Assembly (NCBI GenBank): GCA_964036045.1
Contig: OZ038378.1
Coordinates: 188,232,001 to 188,296,000 of the forward strand
DNA from: Eutreptiella sp. 'Long Island Sound 2002'
Taxonomy: Eukaryota; Protista; Euglenida
Direction of reading: 5' to 3'
DNA length: 64,000 bases
Shown: one piece after another, positions 60,580 through 64,000 of the stretch
How positions within the stretch are numbered: the first letter of the stretch is position 1
How the letters are laid out: every line of letters starts with the position of its first letter
Position numbers and translations under genes: made by a program
Notes under the pieces: generated by a model
The model's input: only the letters and a program-made list of their open reading frames with translations
Databases searched by the model: none
What the model was told of the DNA's origin: nothing

Positions 60580-61515
60580 GATTTCTCCCCACCATGGGGA
60601 CCCCAAGAAAGCAGGGGTAATGTAGCCATATTGATTTCTCCCCACCATGGGGACCCCGAGAAGGTAGCGGTGATGTAGCGAATACTAAGTTTGCGCTTCG
60701 TTCTTGTGACGTGAGGCAGAAACGCCGTCCAAACCGCTTGCGGCTTGGGGACTCATTACCATAGCGAAATCTATGGGAAAGGTAAAGGCAGAGTACCGTT
60801 TGTTAAGTACAATACAAATGACATTTGGAGTTGTTGAATTCACAGCTATTGTCTAATTATGCAACGTGCTTTGTAGGCAAGGTGCGCAGTCCATCATGGT
60901 CTATTTGGGGGGCCTTCTCCATCAGATGGTAAATCTCGGGCTGAAGTCGGGATAGTTGATAGAAAGGTAGCGCGCCGGGCGCGCGCCGGGCAAACATTCC
61001 CCCCCCACTGCACTTTGTTTTGGTGTGATTTTCAGCCATGATTAATGTCGTTACCCCTGGCTTTCTCCCCACCATGGGGACCCCAAGGAAGCAGGGGTAA
61101 TGTAGCCATATTGATTTCTCCCCACCATGGGGACCCCGAGAAGGCAGGGGTGATGTAGCCACTGCACCCAACTTTGGGCCCCTGAGAAGGCAGGGGTGAT
61201 GTAGCCAATGCTGAGTTTGCGCTTCGTTGTTGTGGCGTGAGACGCCGTCCAAACCGCTTGCGGCTTGGGGACTCATTACCATAGCGAAATCTATGGGAAA
61301 GGTAAAGGCAAAGTACCGTTTGTTGGGTACAATACAAATGACATTTGGCGTTGTTTAATTCACAGCTATTGCCTAATTATGCAACACGCTTTGTAGGGAA
61401 GGTGTGCAGTCAGTCCATCATGGTCTATTTGGGGGGCCTTCTCCATCAGAGGGTAAATCTCGGGCTGAAGTCGGGATAGTTGATAGAAAGGTAGCGCACC
61501 GGGCAAACATTCCCC
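60580..61515. repeat. Tandem duplication of a ~430-bp unit (about 60580-61000 and 61060-61515) with CCCCACCATGGGGACCCC..GCAGGGGT.ATGTAGCC subrepeats; the adjacent 60290-60450 is related to 17890-18050
   Basis: Direct sequence comparison. Confidence 0.85.
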
Positions 61516-63231
61516 TGTATGTCGGTACCTACCCAAACCCTCGTTATGGCCCTTTTCCGGAGGTTTGTTGTTCCATGATAGGGGTTGTTAAGCTTCTTAT
61601 GCATTCGGGATATGGCATGTTTGAATTATTATCCATTTTCACCTATTTTCACTTGTTTGTACACATTGTCACCCACTTGCCATTTGGGTAGAATTGAGAA
61701 GAATTGACGCAACAGTCAGCAACCTTCATCAGGATTCCCAAAAATTGAGTGAAGACGTGAGATGGACACAAGAGTTGGTGTGTCACCCACCTCCTACACC
61801 AATCACGCTCCTACATTCACCCTGCACCACGTACTGTGACAATATGGATAGTATGGCGGAGGGCTCGTGAGGGTTGGGTGAGGGTTGGGGGTTAAGGACT
61901 GCCATGCTTCGGCGTGGCCCCTTGAGTTGGGGTTAAGGACTCCCATCTGGTCCTTTGCAAATGCACGGACAATTCTTTGATTATGAAGTAGGTAATCACA
62001 ATGGTGCTTACAAGGGCCGCTTACACAGTGCTGTACTTATTTTTGGTGGAAGAGGGACAAGCTCAGGGACAAGACGGACAAGTTGACGGAAGCCCAACAA
62101 GAGTATAACACTAAACAGAGGGGGCAGGAGGGGGGGGTTCACTGCAACATGCACGCAGTGCCCACGGTGTGCCCACACAGTGCGCATGCAGTGCAAAAAT
62201 TTGGCCATTGTTTGCCCATGAGACCACAATGGTCGACATCCTTTGAAACTGCTCCGGCAAACTGCTCGGTACCCGAGCAGCCTCAAGCCTCCACATGCAT
62301 TGTCTTGCACATCTGACACACAGTATCTGGCATTGAAATGTTCTTTTGGACAAAGTGTTCTGTGTGCAAGCGGAGGCTGTGTGTGTGTGAGGGGGGCATA
62401 TCAAGCAGGGCAGTCTACATGTCAGGTCTGCGGCGCTCTTATGCAAGTGGGATGGAAGAAGGGTTAAGGGAATGGCTGGACCATGGGGTCAGACCCGGCA
62501 GATGTTGTGTCATTTGCCGCCCCCGGGGCAGCCACTCCTCGCAGTCCTGCGTTCCGGCGCAGCCTTCGTCTCTGGCATCGCAGAAGGGGCAGCTTGGATC
62601 CTGCCGGAGCCCCTGCCTGTGCGCCCTTTTTCCTGCGCGCTGTCTGGAGTGTGTGGTACCCCCTCCGGCGCATGGAATGGCCTGATGCGTTCAGGGAACG
62701 CACGTCGCCAGGTTGTGTGTCAACAACGGCGTTTCCCAAGCAAAACCTCAAGTGTTGGGTATTCCAACCTCCGGTACCTTTGCTGCCTTGGGGCTTATGC
62801 ACCCGAGGGATGCAGAGGGGTTTGCTGGTGGTGCACGCAGGAGTCTCTGATGCTGTTGATGGACCGCTCCGTCCGTAGTCCATGAAGCCCCGCGGGTTTC
62901 ATCATGCGGACGCTTGTGCCCCACCATCTGCAACAGGATCTGGTCACGCACACACGCTGAGCGTTGTGTCAGAAGGCCTGCCCCCCCCCCCCCCACGCCG
63001 GGGGACTGACTGGGGCAGCAGGCGCACGCGGTGCGTCGCCTCGCAGAAAAGGTCGTTTCCCAGCAACAGCTCTGTCCTGAAGGCCCTGTTGAGCCTTCTG
63101 CGCTATTTGGGGAGAGGGGTCGCGAGTGCGGCCAACTGTTGTCAGTGATGAGCAGGGCAACGGACGTCGATGTGGAATCCTTGTCCTGTGGCATGCAACA
63201 AGGAGGGATGGATGTATGCACGCCTGTAGTA

Positions 63232-63292
63232 GCCAGTTTCGAACGCGGTACGAGTGTTCGCAAAGCCAAGGGACCTAACCACTGAGCTACCC
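63232..63292 (-). mobile_element. tRNA-derived SINE-like head (Pol III A and B boxes)
   Basis: Minus strand GGGTAGCTCAGTGGTTAGG...GCGTTCGAAACTGGC: A box TAGCTCAGTGG and B box GTTCGAAAC; no complete cloverleaf. Confidence 0.5.
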
Positions 63293-64000
63293 TTTTAAAT
63301 CGCCGAGTTGGGCGGCGCTCCTTCAGGTTTGGACGCTCAAGACCTCCTCCGTGTCATTCAGTGTGACAGGCTGGGAGTCGAACCCATGGCGAGATGTCTA
63401 CGATTTTACAATCAATTGTTGTCAGCCAACCGCAAAACTAGAGTTATGCAAATGACTTTAGTTTTGCCTCAGCAGTGACAGACACAGGTCATACTGACAG
63501 TGGGTGAAGGGACAGAACACCCTGGGTGATGAGGGTCCAGTACCATGCCACACCTTGCTGTGTGCCTGTCCTCAGTTGATGTTTTGTAGTGAGCTGCCAG
63601 ACAGCTTCCATTGGCCTGCACGCTGCCATTCACTGTCTAGCGCCAAAAAAATAGGCACCGGATGCCTAGGCGCAGAGCCATGAACTTTGGCTCTATCATG
63701 CTCTTCTTGAGCCGGAACAAAAACCAACTGCTGGCGGTTACCGCCCATTTGTCAGTTAAGGGGAATGCCATGCATGCAGTGCGAAGTTTTGGATGTCGGC
63801 AAATACTCGCACCCTAGCTACCTTTTGATGGTAAAACATTGATCCTGTGCTCTTGGTTTCCTATAAGAGCCAGGGGGGGGGGGGGGTCATGCAGGCGTAG
63901 TGTCCGTCGAGCCATCATCATGGCCACTTATTAAGAGGTGTTCGCATGGAGGGGCAAGGCGCTCAGCCCATGGGCTAAGCTCCGAAATATGATATCGTTC

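Overview
Eukaryotic, repeat-rich nuclear DNA with no prokaryotic operons, rRNA, intact tRNA or CRISPR. The host is unassigned, but one intron has euglenid-type features. (1) A + strand gene of unknown function spans at least 6.9-56.4 kb. Its first part is an array of about 18-20 short exons (51-102 nt), all phase 1-1 and 3n in length, encoding related Leu-rich peptide modules. A C-terminal series of exons follows and joins in frame to a stop at 56441. One intron (47921-48337) is not GT-AG: it is a long stem-loop with the +4..+6 CAG / -8..-6 CTG geometry of euglenid nonconventional introns, and removing it restores the reading frame. (2) A decayed non-LTR retrotransposon (APE-RT-RNase H-CCHC) lies on the - strand at about 1-6400. 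(3) A decayed Penelope-like element lies at about 39.4-45.1 kb, inside the largest intron. It has the permuted Naiad/Chlamys order (GIY-YIG, CxC linker, RT), five upstream zinc knuckles and a candidate minimal hammerhead ribozyme downstream of the RT. (4) There are several MITEs (two hAT-type with perfect 8-bp TSDs, two TA-flanked), exon-carrying segmental duplications, minisatellites and a tRNA-like SINE head. The gene model was built by hand from splice signals, phase and peptide similarity and needs RNA-seq confirmation.
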